The notes: generated from the letters alone by a model not told the origin. A stretch of DNA of 64,000 nucleotides from Coprobacter sp. (GCA_017462265.1 JAFTRN010000030.1:89940-153939); one strand, 5' to 3'; numbered from the stretch's first letter, positions 1-7,931 are shown. Program-made: numbers and translations.

Positions 1-2
1 AA

Positions 3-878
3 TACCCCGTATCCGATCCCGCGCTGGCCATGCTCCGCGGTAACAACTGCACCGACGGTGAGAAAAAGAAGATTTTCCGCTACAACCCCGGCAAATCCCT
101 CGAACTGTTCCCGCCCAAGCACCCATACTACAAAGCACCCAAAGATGCTAAAAAGGCTATAGAAGGAAATTTGACCGAAATGTATAATAATGGCATCGGG
201 GGGCATGTCCCGCCCTCACTTAATACTCAAGAGCAAAAGGCTTGGATTGAAAATGAGCATGCGTTATCCGATGTACTAATAGAGCAAGGAAAGCCGATGA
301 CTCACGAAGAAGCCAATGAACATCACGCAAACCCCAATTATCAAAAGGGTATTCTCAATGGGTATTCTCAAAATTGCCAATCCTGTGTTGTTGCGTATGA
401 ACTACGCCGCCGGGGATATGACGTGGAAGCATTTATGCGTGTTGTTGGAGACGCCAATAATGTACCCGAGAAATTAGCCTATCACACTGAGTTGGCTTGG
501 CGTGCACCGGGTTCTAATGAAATCCCTAAAAAAGCTTTTGCCGGAGGTGTCAAAAGTAGAGATGTTGATAAACGTGGACGTGTGATTACCAAAACTAAAT
601 CATTATCCGAATTAAATGCAGATTTAAATGAGCTAACAAAGGAACCTGGTCGCTATCACTTAAATTGGACTTGGAAAGGCAGAGATATGGGGCATATTGT
701 AACTTGTGAGAAATTTGCTAATGGCGGGATTCGTATCTACGACCCTCAAACTGGGGAAATCTTAAAATGGTCCGAAATCGCTAAGAATATAAAATTAGAC
801 AAAGGGGTCGGTGTTCTTCGTGTAGATAACCTGATTATTAATATGGACGTAATAAATGAGATTGTTAAGCCTAAATAA
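3..878 (+). CDS. Phage MuF/minor head protein (5' part outside window) with C-terminal papain-fold (glutamine deamidase-like, Tox-PL type) toxin domain
   Basis: Frame is open from the window edge (YPVSDPALAM...IFRYNPGK...FPPKHPYY, typical of the end of the Bacteroidales phage MuF domain); then NCQSCVVAYELRRRGYDVEA...GHIV...IYDPQTG, a Cys-His-Asp pattern; codon usage shifts to AT-rich after ~nt 140. Confidence 0.75.
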   Translation, partial: YPVSDPALAMLRGNNCTDGEKKKIFRYNPGKSLELFPPKHPYYKAPKDAKKAIEGNLTEMYNNGIGGHVPPSLNTQEQKAWIENEHALSDVLIEQGKPMTHEEANEHHANPNYQKGILNGYSQNCQSCVVAYELRRRGYDVEAFMRVVGDANNVPEKLAYHTELAWRAPGSNEIPKKAFAGGVKSRDVDKRGRVITKTKSLSELNADLNELTKEPGRYHLNWTWKGRDMGHIVTCEKFANGGIRIYDPQTGEILKWSEIAKNIKLDKGVGVLRVDNLIINMDVINEIVKPK

Positions 879-882
879 ATTG

Positions 883-1122
883 CTATTTAGCTTCTTTGCG
901 AATTTGGCAATATTCATCCCATGGAAGAATACGTGGAGCATTATCTTCTGTAATGATTATATGGAATGGGTAGCCGGTACTCCCCATATTTCCGGCAATC
1001 TCTTGTACATAATAAATCGCAGAGTCATTAACCATACAATCAAACTTTATATAGTTAAATCCTTCAGATTTTGCAAATTCTTTCGCTTTCTTGAATAATA
1101 TGCTTAATTGCTTTGCTTCCAT
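883..1122 (-). CDS. Small hypothetical protein, candidate immunity protein
   Basis: AT-rich 79 aa ORF (MEAKQLS...) convergent on the toxin gene, stops 4 nt apart; TACCTTTG -7 box just upstream of its ATG. Confidence 0.55.
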   Translation of the reverse strand: MEAKQLSILFKKAKEFAKSEGFNYIKFDCMVNDSAIYYVQEIAGNMGSTGYPFHIIITEDNAPRILPWDEYCQIRKEAK

Positions 1123-1128
1123 ATGGTA

Positions 1129-1136
1129 CAAAGGTA
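1129..1136 (-). promoter_or_regulatory. Bacteroidetes -7 promoter box (TACCTTTG)
   Basis: Matches TAnnTTTG, 6 nt before the ATG at 1122, implying a near-leaderless transcript. Confidence 0.5.
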
Positions 1137-1306
1137 TAAAATATATTGAAAATAAAATATGTCACAATGCAAAAAATAAAGAAAAATATTATCGACTACC
1201 TGCCACATATCGTAAATAGGGCGCAAAGCACGATACATTTGTGTCCGCAGGTATGCCGATTGCGAATACGCGAATTGGTAAAAAACTACAAACACTCTAA
1301 TAAACT

Positions 1307-1453
1307 ATGACTATACCACTAATTGATGCCATAATACTTGCCACGGTGTGTTCCCTGCTCACCGCCATAGGCACGGCCATTATAGTAATCAGCGCCTTCA
1401 CCAAAACTCCGGAAAAATGTAGGGACGCTTGGTTCAAGCGTCCGAGGTTATGA
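1307..1453 (+). CDS. Small single-TM hypothetical protein (48 aa)
   Basis: MTIPLIDAIILATVCSLLTAIGTAIIVISAFTKTPEK...; A-rich upstream sequence typical of Bacteroidetes translation starts; 3' end runs into a REP-like palindrome. Confidence 0.4.
   Translation: MTIPLIDAIILATVCSLLTAIGTAIIVISAFTKTPEKCRDAWFKRPRL
1419..1447 (+). repeat. GTAG-type REP-like palindrome, copy 1
   Basis: GTAG-GGACGCTTG-GTT-CAAGCGTCC-GAGG; second copy at 7238-7266. Confidence 0.6.
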
Positions 1454-1648
1454 GAGACTACGAAGCTCCTCCTCTAAGGTGAGACAGGGGCGAACAAGGC
1501 CGAAGAGGAAACACTGAACGTGTTTCCGTGCCGCAGAGAGGGGAGCGCAGTGCTCTGCGCGACGGAGGCCTCGAAGAGGTGCCCGTTAGGGCGGAGGGGT
1601 ATGCAGGAGGTCTGTATAAACAAATCTTAAATATAAAATACTACCACT

Positions 1649-1727
1649 ATGATAAATTCCAAACAAATAAAGCGTAAAATCTTGAACGATATGCGGGTGG
1701 AACTCACCGAGGAGTTCGACCGCAATT
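1649..1727 (+). pseudogene. N-terminal fragment of phage virion morphogenesis protein
   Basis: MINSKQIKRKILNDMRVELTEEFDRN resembles the start of Bacteroides phage virion morphogenesis proteins (..VEL.EEFDRNF..); reads into antisense tape-measure sequence after nt 1727. Confidence 0.6.
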
Positions 1728-2278
1728 ATCATCTCGCTCATCTTGCGGCTTGCCTCCATGGGATCGTCAAGCGATACCCCATACTGGTTCATGGCGGTGG
1801 TAAGCACCTCGGCGGCCGCCACGCCATCGTTGCCCATAAGTTTCGAGGTGGTCTGTATGGCATTACCCATCTCTTGCAGGGCTTTCGGGCATTTGGCAAG
1901 TTCCGGCGATAGTTGCGAGAGCAGTAGCTTATAACCCTCTACCGCCACAGCGGCATCGGTACCGAAGGTTTTTGCACTCTCACGAGCATATCCCTCTATC
2001 TCTTTCAGCGCGTCACCGGTCACACCCGCTATCGCGCTCAAATCATGCATCTGGCTATCGAGAGCGATAAATGGGGTTAGAGTGTCATCGATGGTGTTAC
2101 CCAACCTTTCGAAAAAACCACTTACCATATCAAGCATACTAAATTTAGCCAACCATCTATCCAGTAGGCTCTCATTACTTTTCATGGCAGCGTTGAATTG
2201 TCCTATTTGTCGCCCCATTTCATCTATTGCAGTAGAAAAGTTGCCTTCAATATTAAAACTGTAAAGAATCGTTGCCAT
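1728..2278 (-). pseudogene. Truncated phage tail tape measure protein (TP901-like core)
   Basis: LDSQMHDLSAIAGVTGDALKEIEGYARESAKTFGTDAAVAVEGYKLLLSQLSPEL...AAEVLTTAMNQYG; homology ends after MSEM, at about 184 codons. Confidence 0.8.
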
Positions 2279-2328
2279 ATTCGATTTTTTTTAGTATATT
2301 TGTAGAGAACGTTATAAAAAGAAAAATT

Positions 2329-2484
2329 ATGTGGGATTTAATTTCAGATTTCTTGGTAAGAACCATTATTTGGATTATCGGAATTATTTTAGCGTTTGGC
2401 TTTATATCTATGATGATAGGGTTTATCAAAGAAGAAGTTATAGATCCTCTCAGAAATGCTTTTCGAGACGAAAAGAAATCCTAA
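2329..2484 (+). CDS. Small membrane moron-like protein (51 aa)
   Basis: AT-rich, one TM helix, own TATATTTG -7 box at 2295-2302; inserted antisense between tail chaperone and tape measure. Confidence 0.55.
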   Translation: MWDLISDFLVRTIIWIIGIILAFGFISMMIGFIKEEVIDPLRNAFRDEKKS

Positions 2485-2487
2485 AAA

Positions 2488-2616
2488 TCATTTCTTTTCA
2501 CCAAACATAGCGGCGATCATTTCCGCTTGGTTTCTCAGTCGCCACCGTTCGAGCCATAAAGCCCGGGCGTAGTTTATCGCCCAGTCTTCAGGCTCTCCCG
2601 CCGTGGGGTTTATATC
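2488..2616 (-). pseudogene. 3' fragment of phage tail assembly chaperone
   Basis: Minus-strand reading DINPTAGEPEDWAINYARALWLERWRLRNQAEMIAAMFGEKK*, directly upstream of the tape measure gene; no start region. Confidence 0.55.
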
Positions 2617-2719
2617 GTCCGAAGGACGGGCGCGAGACCGCAGGTCGAATATTTTTTACCGAATGGTATATCATACGAAAAAATTTTCTAACTTTGCATA
2701 CAACCAAAAAAAATCGAAA

Positions 2720-3703
2720 ATGCGACGATTCAAATATATATTACCTATACTCTTGCTCGGTATGCTGCAAATAGCGGTAGCGCAAGAGGCCGGGACCGGC
2801 TATACGGGCATGATTATAGGGCTGATACTTGTTGCAGTCATTGCCGTCGGGGCATATCTGTGGTATCGACGTCGTAAGAGTACTATTGCCACTACGTCCG
2901 CACCCCTGTCGCTCACCCTTTCCCCGCAACCGATAAGTCGCAACCGCATCTTCACGGTGAAAGGTGTCGAGTTCACGATGATACCGGTCGAGGGAGGCAC
3001 GTTCACAATGGGAGCGACGAGCGAGCAGGGAAGCGATGCCTATCGTGACACGAAACCGGCTCATTCGGTAACGCTCGATAGTTACTATATCGGTGAGACG
3101 GAGGTGACGCAAGCCCTATGGCAAGCGGTAATGGGTGATAATCCGAGCTATTTCAAAGGTGATTTGCAACGACCGGTGGAAAACGTAAGTTGGAACGATT
3201 GCCAAGAGTTTATCAAGAAACTGAACGCACTTACAGGCCGGAATTTCCGCTTGCCGACCGAGGCGGAGTGGGAATATGCCGCTCGGGGAGGTAATAAAAG
3301 CAAGGGCTACAAATATGCCGGTAGTAATAATATAAATGATGTGGCGTGGTATTTTGATAATGCATATTCTGTAGACAGTAGCAGTCCGGCCTACGGCACA
3401 CATAGCGTGAGGACCAAGCAAGCGAATGAACTTGGCCTATACGATATGAGTGGTAACGTATGGGAATGGTGTAGCGATTGGTATGGTGGTAGCTATTATA
3501 GCAGTAGTCCTACGACCAATCCTACAGGTCCTGCGACAGGCTCGACCCGTGTGCTCCGCGGTGGCAGTTGGTACGGCTACGCGTGGTACTGCCGTGTGTC
3601 GAATCGTTTCAGCCACGCGCCCGACATCAGGAACAACCTCCTCGGGCTGCGCCTCGCGGTCGGCAGTTGTGGCTCACCATCTCCTGCCTCCAGGTTGCCC
3701 TGA
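2720..3703 (+). CDS. Membrane-anchored FGE-sulfatase (SUMF1/C-type lectin fold) domain protein, likely DGR target
   Basis: FTMG, YYIGETEVTQALW, RLPTEAEWEYAARGG, NELGLYDMSGNVWEWCSDWY, RVLRGGSW motifs; signal peptide plus TM helix; TAACTTTG -7 box at 2689-2696 supports ATG 2720. Confidence 0.9.
   Translation: MRRFKYILPILLLGMLQIAVAQEAGTGYTGMIIGLILVAVIAVGAYLWYRRRKSTIATTSAPLSLTLSPQPISRNRIFTVKGVEFTMIPVEGGTFTMGATSEQGSDAYRDTKPAHSVTLDSYYIGETEVTQALWQAVMGDNPSYFKGDLQRPVENVSWNDCQEFIKKLNALTGRNFRLPTEAEWEYAARGGNKSKGYKYAGSNNINDVAWYFDNAYSVDSSSPAYGTHSVRTKQANELGLYDMSGNVWEWCSDWYGGSYYSSSPTTNPTGPATGSTRVLRGGSWYGYAWYCRVSNRFSHAPDIRNNLLGLRLAVGSCGSPSPASRLP
3539..3658 (+). other. Putative DGR variable repeat (VR)
   Basis: The 14 positions I score as variable are all NNC codons, consistent with derivation from AAC-rich template codons; GC-rich GGGCTGCGCCTCGC IMH-like end. 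Confidence 0.65.
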
Positions 3704-3710
3704 TGGGTAT

Positions 3711-4277
3711 TCACACAGCTTTAGCACTTTTGCGTGGCTTGATGTCGGTCGCAAAAATAATGAGTGTGATACCCCAATAAATAAATGCCACGGCACACAG
3801 ATATACGATGACAGCCGTTGCCGTTATCGGTGAGAAGAAAAAGAATAACGACAGCAACATCAATAATACCCCATTGAGCATATAAAGCCACCAGCTCGAT
3901 TGCCACTTACGAGCACCGATACCCGAAATCACATATTTCACACCACGATATAGCAACACGAAAGCGAAGAAATAGGGTAATAACATTTCGCTCAATACAA
4001 AGTTGCTCACAAGCAGAAAACCCACAAATAGATCGAAAATTCCGCCAGCAAACCACCAACCCCACCCCGGGAGGCGTCGTGCGATGTCGCCCGCTACAAT
4101 CAACTGGGTAGCACCAAGCAATACCAAAATCCACCCCAGTAGCATCGATATTACCGCATATCCGGCCAGGGGCTTGAATATCAACCATAGTCCACACGGT
4201 ATCAATGCGATACCCATCAATAGAATAGCCCACCAATAGCGGCTCTTCCCCCAATAACTCCATTCATTCAGTTCCAT
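3711..4277 (-). CDS. HdeD/DUF308 family membrane protein
   Basis: Six hydrophobic segments, YWWAILLMG...GWGWWFAGGIFD repeat pattern. Confidence 0.8.
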   Translation of the reverse strand: MELNEWSYWGKSRYWWAILLMGIALIPCGLWLIFKPLAGYAVISMLLGWILVLLGATQLIVAGDIARRLPGWGWWFAGGIFDLFVGFLLVSNFVLSEMLLPYFFAFVLLYRGVKYVISGIGARKWQSSWWLYMLNGVLLMLLSLFFFFSPITATAVIVYLCAVAFIYWGITLIIFATDIKPRKSAKAV

Positions 4278-4581
4278 AAAATTCTTTATTTTAGTTATTC
4301 ATAATTTCGATGCCTATATATAATACATAGATAGCCTACACCCATAAAACACGCCACGTCCTCAAAAGTTCGCCTACAATTATCGCTCCGATTTATACGG
4401 ATTTTTTTTGCAGGGAAGTCGTGATTTGCATCTATGGTTTTTTGTCTGTATCTTTGTGGACTTAGAAAGCAAGAAAAAATAAAAAGCCGTTTTTGAATTT
4501 TCTTGAAAAAAAATAAACTCGGCTTCAAAACAATGTTTCTACAAAATAAAATTAACAGCTTCTTAGTAAATACTTCGCATT

Positions 4582-7020
4582 ATGTATAAGTCGTATTTGA
4601 AGTCTTTGATGCCGCATATATGTGCTATCGTGGCATTTTTGGCGATTTCGGTAGGCTATTTTTCTCCCGAAATTTTTGAAGGAAAAACGGTGTTGGGCCA
4701 CGATAGTAGGCAAGGCACTACGCAAGAGGTGGATTCCTATCGCAAGGAAACCGGTAAATCGGCGCGTTGGAGTAATTCCATGTTCTCGGGTATGCCCACC
4801 TATCAGGTGTCGCCGGCATACGATACGGCAACCTTCATGCGCAATTTGAGCAAGGTCTATTCTCTCGGATTGCCGGCTCCGGTGTCGTATGTGTTTATGC
4901 TCATGGTGGGATTCTACATACTGGTGTGTGTGATGGGTGCTCGTAGCAGTATCGCCGCTCTGGGAGCCATAGGATATGCTTTTTCGTCTTATTTCTTCAT
5001 TATTATCATGGCCGGGCATATATGGAAAGTGTTGGCGTTGGCCTTTATTCCGCCTACGATAGCGGGACTTATACTCACGTATCGAGGGAAATATCTCGCC
5101 GGCGGACTGATGACGGCTATATTCCTGGCCTTCCAGATATGGTCAAACCACATACAGATGTCATACTACTCGTGTTTCATCATGGGTGCGTATGTGTTGT
5201 GGGTGCTTGTGGAGGCTGTCCGCAATAAGCGACTGAAAGATTTCTTCAAAGCGACCGGTGTGTGTGTGGCAGCGGTGGTACTGGCGGTATCGGTAAATCT
5301 GTCGAATCTGTATCACACTTGGGAATATAGCAAAGAGAGTATGCGAGGCAAGTCGGAACTCACACTTGGGGGGGCAGATAAACCCCAAAGCGGTCTCGAT
5401 CTCGACTATATGACACAATGGAGTTATGGAATAGGCGAGACGTGGAGCCTGCTTGTACCCGATGTGAAGGGCGGCGGAACGGCGGCTATAGGTAATGAGG
5501 TGGCCAAAGAGGTCCCGGCTCAATACCGACAAATCGTGGCTCAGCAAAATCGTTATTGGGGCGACCAGCCGTTTACATCGGGCCCGGTATATGCCGGCGC
5601 CTTCTTTATGACGCTTTTTGTATTGGCGTTTTTCCTCCTGCCCGGCAGGCTGAAGTGGTATCTCTTGGGAGCTACCGTTATCACGGTATTTCTGTCGTGG
5701 GGGCATAATATGATGTGGTTTACCGAGCTGTTTGCCGACTACTTCCCCATGTATTCCAAGTTCCGCTCGGTATCATCGATACTCGTTGTGGCCGAGTTGG
5801 TAATACCCCTGCTTGCCGCCTTGTGTGTAGCCGAGATTGTGAAAAATCCCGACATATTGCGTCGTAAAAGCAGGGCTATGTATATCTCCCTCGGGCTGAC
5901 GGCCGGTATAGCCTTGCTGTTTGCCATAGCACCGCGCCTGTTTTTCGATTTCCTCAGTGCGCAAGAGGCCGCTTATTTGTTACCGCAAGTTGCCAAGGAC
6001 GCACAACTGGGGGCTGTCGTCGATGCCATAGAAGAGGCCCGGGTGTCGATATTCACGGCCGATGCGTGGCGGTCGTTCTTCATTATCGCCATAGGCGGGG
6101 TATGTCTCGTCTTGTTTGCGCGCAAGGTAATCAAAACTCCGGTGTTTGTTGGAGCGCTGATTGCGTTGTGTCTTATCGATATGTGGAGCGTAGATAAGCG
6201 CTATCTCAATAGTTCACACTTCATCTCTCGTCGCGAGGCCAAAGACTTTGCCACCCTGTATCGCAAGACGGCTGTCGATCAACAAATATTGAAAGACAAG
6301 GATTTGTATTATCGTGTATTCAACCTCACCACCAATACCTTCAACGATGGAGCGACCTCCTATTATCATAAGAGCATAGGCGGCTATCATGCAGCCAAGT
6401 TGGGCCGCTATCAAGAGTTGATAGAGCATCAACTGAGCAAAAACAATATACAGGTGTTGAATATGTTGAACGCCAAGTATTTCATTCTGCCCGATGCCAA
6501 TAACCGTCCGCAGGTGCAACTCAATACCGGGGCACTGGGTAACGGTTGGTTTGTCGATGAGGTGAAATGGGTAGATAATGCCAATGAGGAAATGACGGCG
6601 CTGAACGATTTCGATCCGGCGGTGACAGCCATTATCGATCGTCGTTATGCCTCGCTGTTCGAGGGAAAAGAGACCGTGCGAGATACTACAGCCACCATAC
6701 GTCTCACCAAGTATCTGCCCGATGAATTACATTACGAGGTCTCTTCGCGTGAGGGGGGTGTGGCAGTGTTCTCCGACATCTATTATCCCCACGGTTGGGT
6801 TGCGACAATCGATGGCGTAGAAACTCCTATTGCCCGTGCCAACTATGTGTTGCGAGCCATATACGTTCCGGCCGGAAATCACCAAGTGGTAATGACTTTC
6901 CACCCGGCGTCGGTGCAGATAACCGAGACTATCGGCTGGATAGGTTTCGCGATATTTGCCATCGTGATATTATATGCTCTATATCGAGCCTACATCACAT
7001 CGCGCAAGAAACCGGAATAA
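4582..7020 (+). CDS. YfhO family membrane glycosyltransferase (GT-C)
   Basis: 812 aa polytopic protein, WSNSMFSGMPTY, YWGDQPFTSGPVYAG, SIGGYHAAKL, VFSDIYYPHGW. Confidence 0.85.
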   Translation: MYKSYLKSLMPHICAIVAFLAISVGYFSPEIFEGKTVLGHDSRQGTTQEVDSYRKETGKSARWSNSMFSGMPTYQVSPAYDTATFMRNLSKVYSLGLPAPVSYVFMLMVGFYILVCVMGARSSIAALGAIGYAFSSYFFIIIMAGHIWKVLALAFIPPTIAGLILTYRGKYLAGGLMTAIFLAFQIWSNHIQMSYYSCFIMGAYVLWVLVEAVRNKRLKDFFKATGVCVAAVVLAVSVNLSNLYHTWEYSKESMRGKSELTLGGADKPQSGLDLDYMTQWSYGIGETWSLLVPDVKGGGTAAIGNEVAKEVPAQYRQIVAQQNRYWGDQPFTSGPVYAGAFFMTLFVLAFFLLPGRLKWYLLGATVITVFLSWGHNMMWFTELFADYFPMYSKFRSVSSILVVAELVIPLLAALCVAEIVKNPDILRRKSRAMYISLGLTAGIALLFAIAPRLFFDFLSAQEAAYLLPQVAKDAQLGAVVDAIEEARVSIFTADAWRSFFIIAIGGVCLVLFARKVIKTPVFVGALIALCLIDMWSVDKRYLNSSHFISRREAKDFATLYRKTAVDQQILKDKDLYYRVFNLTTNTFNDGATSYYHKSIGGYHAAKLGRYQELIEHQLSKNNIQVLNMLNAKYFILPDANNRPQVQLNTGALGNGWFVDEVKWVDNANEEMTALNDFDPAVTAIIDRRYASLFEGKETVRDTTATIRLTKYLPDELHYEVSSREGGVAVFSDIYYPHGWVATIDGVETPIARANYVLRAIYVPAGNHQVVMTFHPASVQITETIGWIGFAIFAIVILYALYRAYITSRKKPE

Positions 7021-7048
7021 AAGAAAAAGTTTTTAATACAAAAATAAG

Positions 7049-7083
7049 AGACACCGCCAGACATTGGTTGGTGTCTCGTGTTT
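7049..7083. terminator. Rho-independent terminator after yfhO-like gene
   Basis: GAGACACC...GGTGTCTC stem followed by T-rich tract. Confidence 0.55.
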
Positions 7084-7103
7084 TATTGGAATCTATAAGT
7101 ATT

Positions 7104-7172
7104 TATTGGTGTCTGGTAAAAATATAGCACATAGTTTTGGCGGATTTCATTATGCTATCGGCATAAGACATT
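7104..7172 (+). repeat. MITE-like terminal repeat (type B end), inverted relative to 7731-7798
   Basis: TATTGGTGTCTGGTAAAAATA...GATTTCATTATGCTATCGGCATAAGACATT is an imperfect inverted copy of 7731-7798. Confidence 0.7.
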
Positions 7173-7237
7173 TTTTCCCAAAAGAATCCTCTTCGGCCTT
7201 GCTCGCCTACGATAAGCGGTGACTTGCCCTGCAAATC

Positions 7238-7266
7238 GTAGGGACACTTGGCTCAAGTGTCCGAGG
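7238..7266 (+). repeat. GTAG-type REP-like palindrome, copy 2
   Basis: GTAG-GGACACTTG-GCT-CAAGTGTCC-GAGG; 26/29 identical to 1419-1447. Confidence 0.6.
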
Positions 7267-7412
7267 GGGAAATCATCGTCCGAGAATCCAATAAAGCAAC
7301 ATCTTCGACGTAGATTTTGATAGGGCGCATACCCCTATCCCCATAATTCCACTACGTTACATTATGGGGTTTCTTATAAGCAACATCTTCGATGTATTTT
7401 ACTATTATAATC

Positions 7413-7798
7413 TATTTGTGTCCGATAAAGATTTTAAAAATCTTCGTAAATCTATGATTTAAGATAATTTATGCGATAAAATAAAAAGATAGGCTTATGC
7501 TTGAGTTATAAAAAGATTGCCGTTAGGTAATCGATTTTAACAGCCCCGTATAAGCGAGCCGGTAGGCGAACGCAATGCGGGGAATATAAGGTTTCGTAAT
7601 AATCAATGCCTTTAGGTATTTGACCTATATATAGGCGTGATAATCATTATAGTCCGATACCTACGGCATCGCAAATCAATGGTCGATTTCCACCCCGTAT
7701 AAGCCGATAAATCGGCTTATACGGGGCTGTAATGTCTTATGCCGATGGCATAATGAAATCTTAAAAACAGTAAGTCGTATTTTTATCGGACACCAATA
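7413..7798. mobile_element. Non-autonomous MITE-like element with GTGTCCGATAAA terminal inverted repeats and internal palindromes
   Basis: TATTTGTGTCCGATAAA ... TTTATCGGACACCAATA; internal ACAGCCCCGTATAAGC / GCTTATACGGGGCTGT inverted pair; partial copies at 25898 and 48646. Confidence 0.6.
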
Positions 7799-7857
7799 AT
7801 AAGAATTTTTGATTTAGACTGGGCATAAAAAAAGCACATACATTGTATGTGCTTTTG

Positions 7858-7931
7858 TGGAGTATAGCGGACTCGAACCGCTCACCTCGACACTGCCAGT
7901 GTCGCGCTCTAGCCAGATGAGCTAATACCCC
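7858..7931 (-). tRNA. tRNA-Ala(GGC)
   Basis: GGGGTATTAGCTCATCTGGCTAGAGCG-CGACA-CTGGCAG-TGTCG-...GGTTCGAGTCC...TACTCCA cloverleaf; TATCTTTG -7 box upstream, hairpin terminator 7826-7857 downstream. Confidence 0.95.

Larger units (their letters stand above)
1..2616. mobile_element. Degenerate prophage remnant (right end), Bacteroidetes Mu-like/transposable phage type
   Basis: Cluster of MuF minor head protein C-terminus, virion morphogenesis N-terminal fragment, tape measure N-terminal fragment and tail chaperone fragment; three of these are truncated; no integrase or transposase in the window. Confidence 0.75.

Noticed and set aside
1649-1912. 87 aa ORF, and the 1586-2278 ORF, as intact genes
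   Set aside because: Each is real only up to the 1727/1728 junction; the remainder is read-through into the antisense of the other gene
2603-2719. Upstream extension of the FGE-domain ORF
   Set aside because: Overlaps the phage fragment and promoter; the signal peptide begins at ATG 2720
7020-7800. CRISPR array in the repeat-rich intergenic region
   Set aside because: Repeats are inverted or nested, not regularly spaced direct repeats with unique spacers; no cas genes (RuvC here is the housekeeping resolvase)
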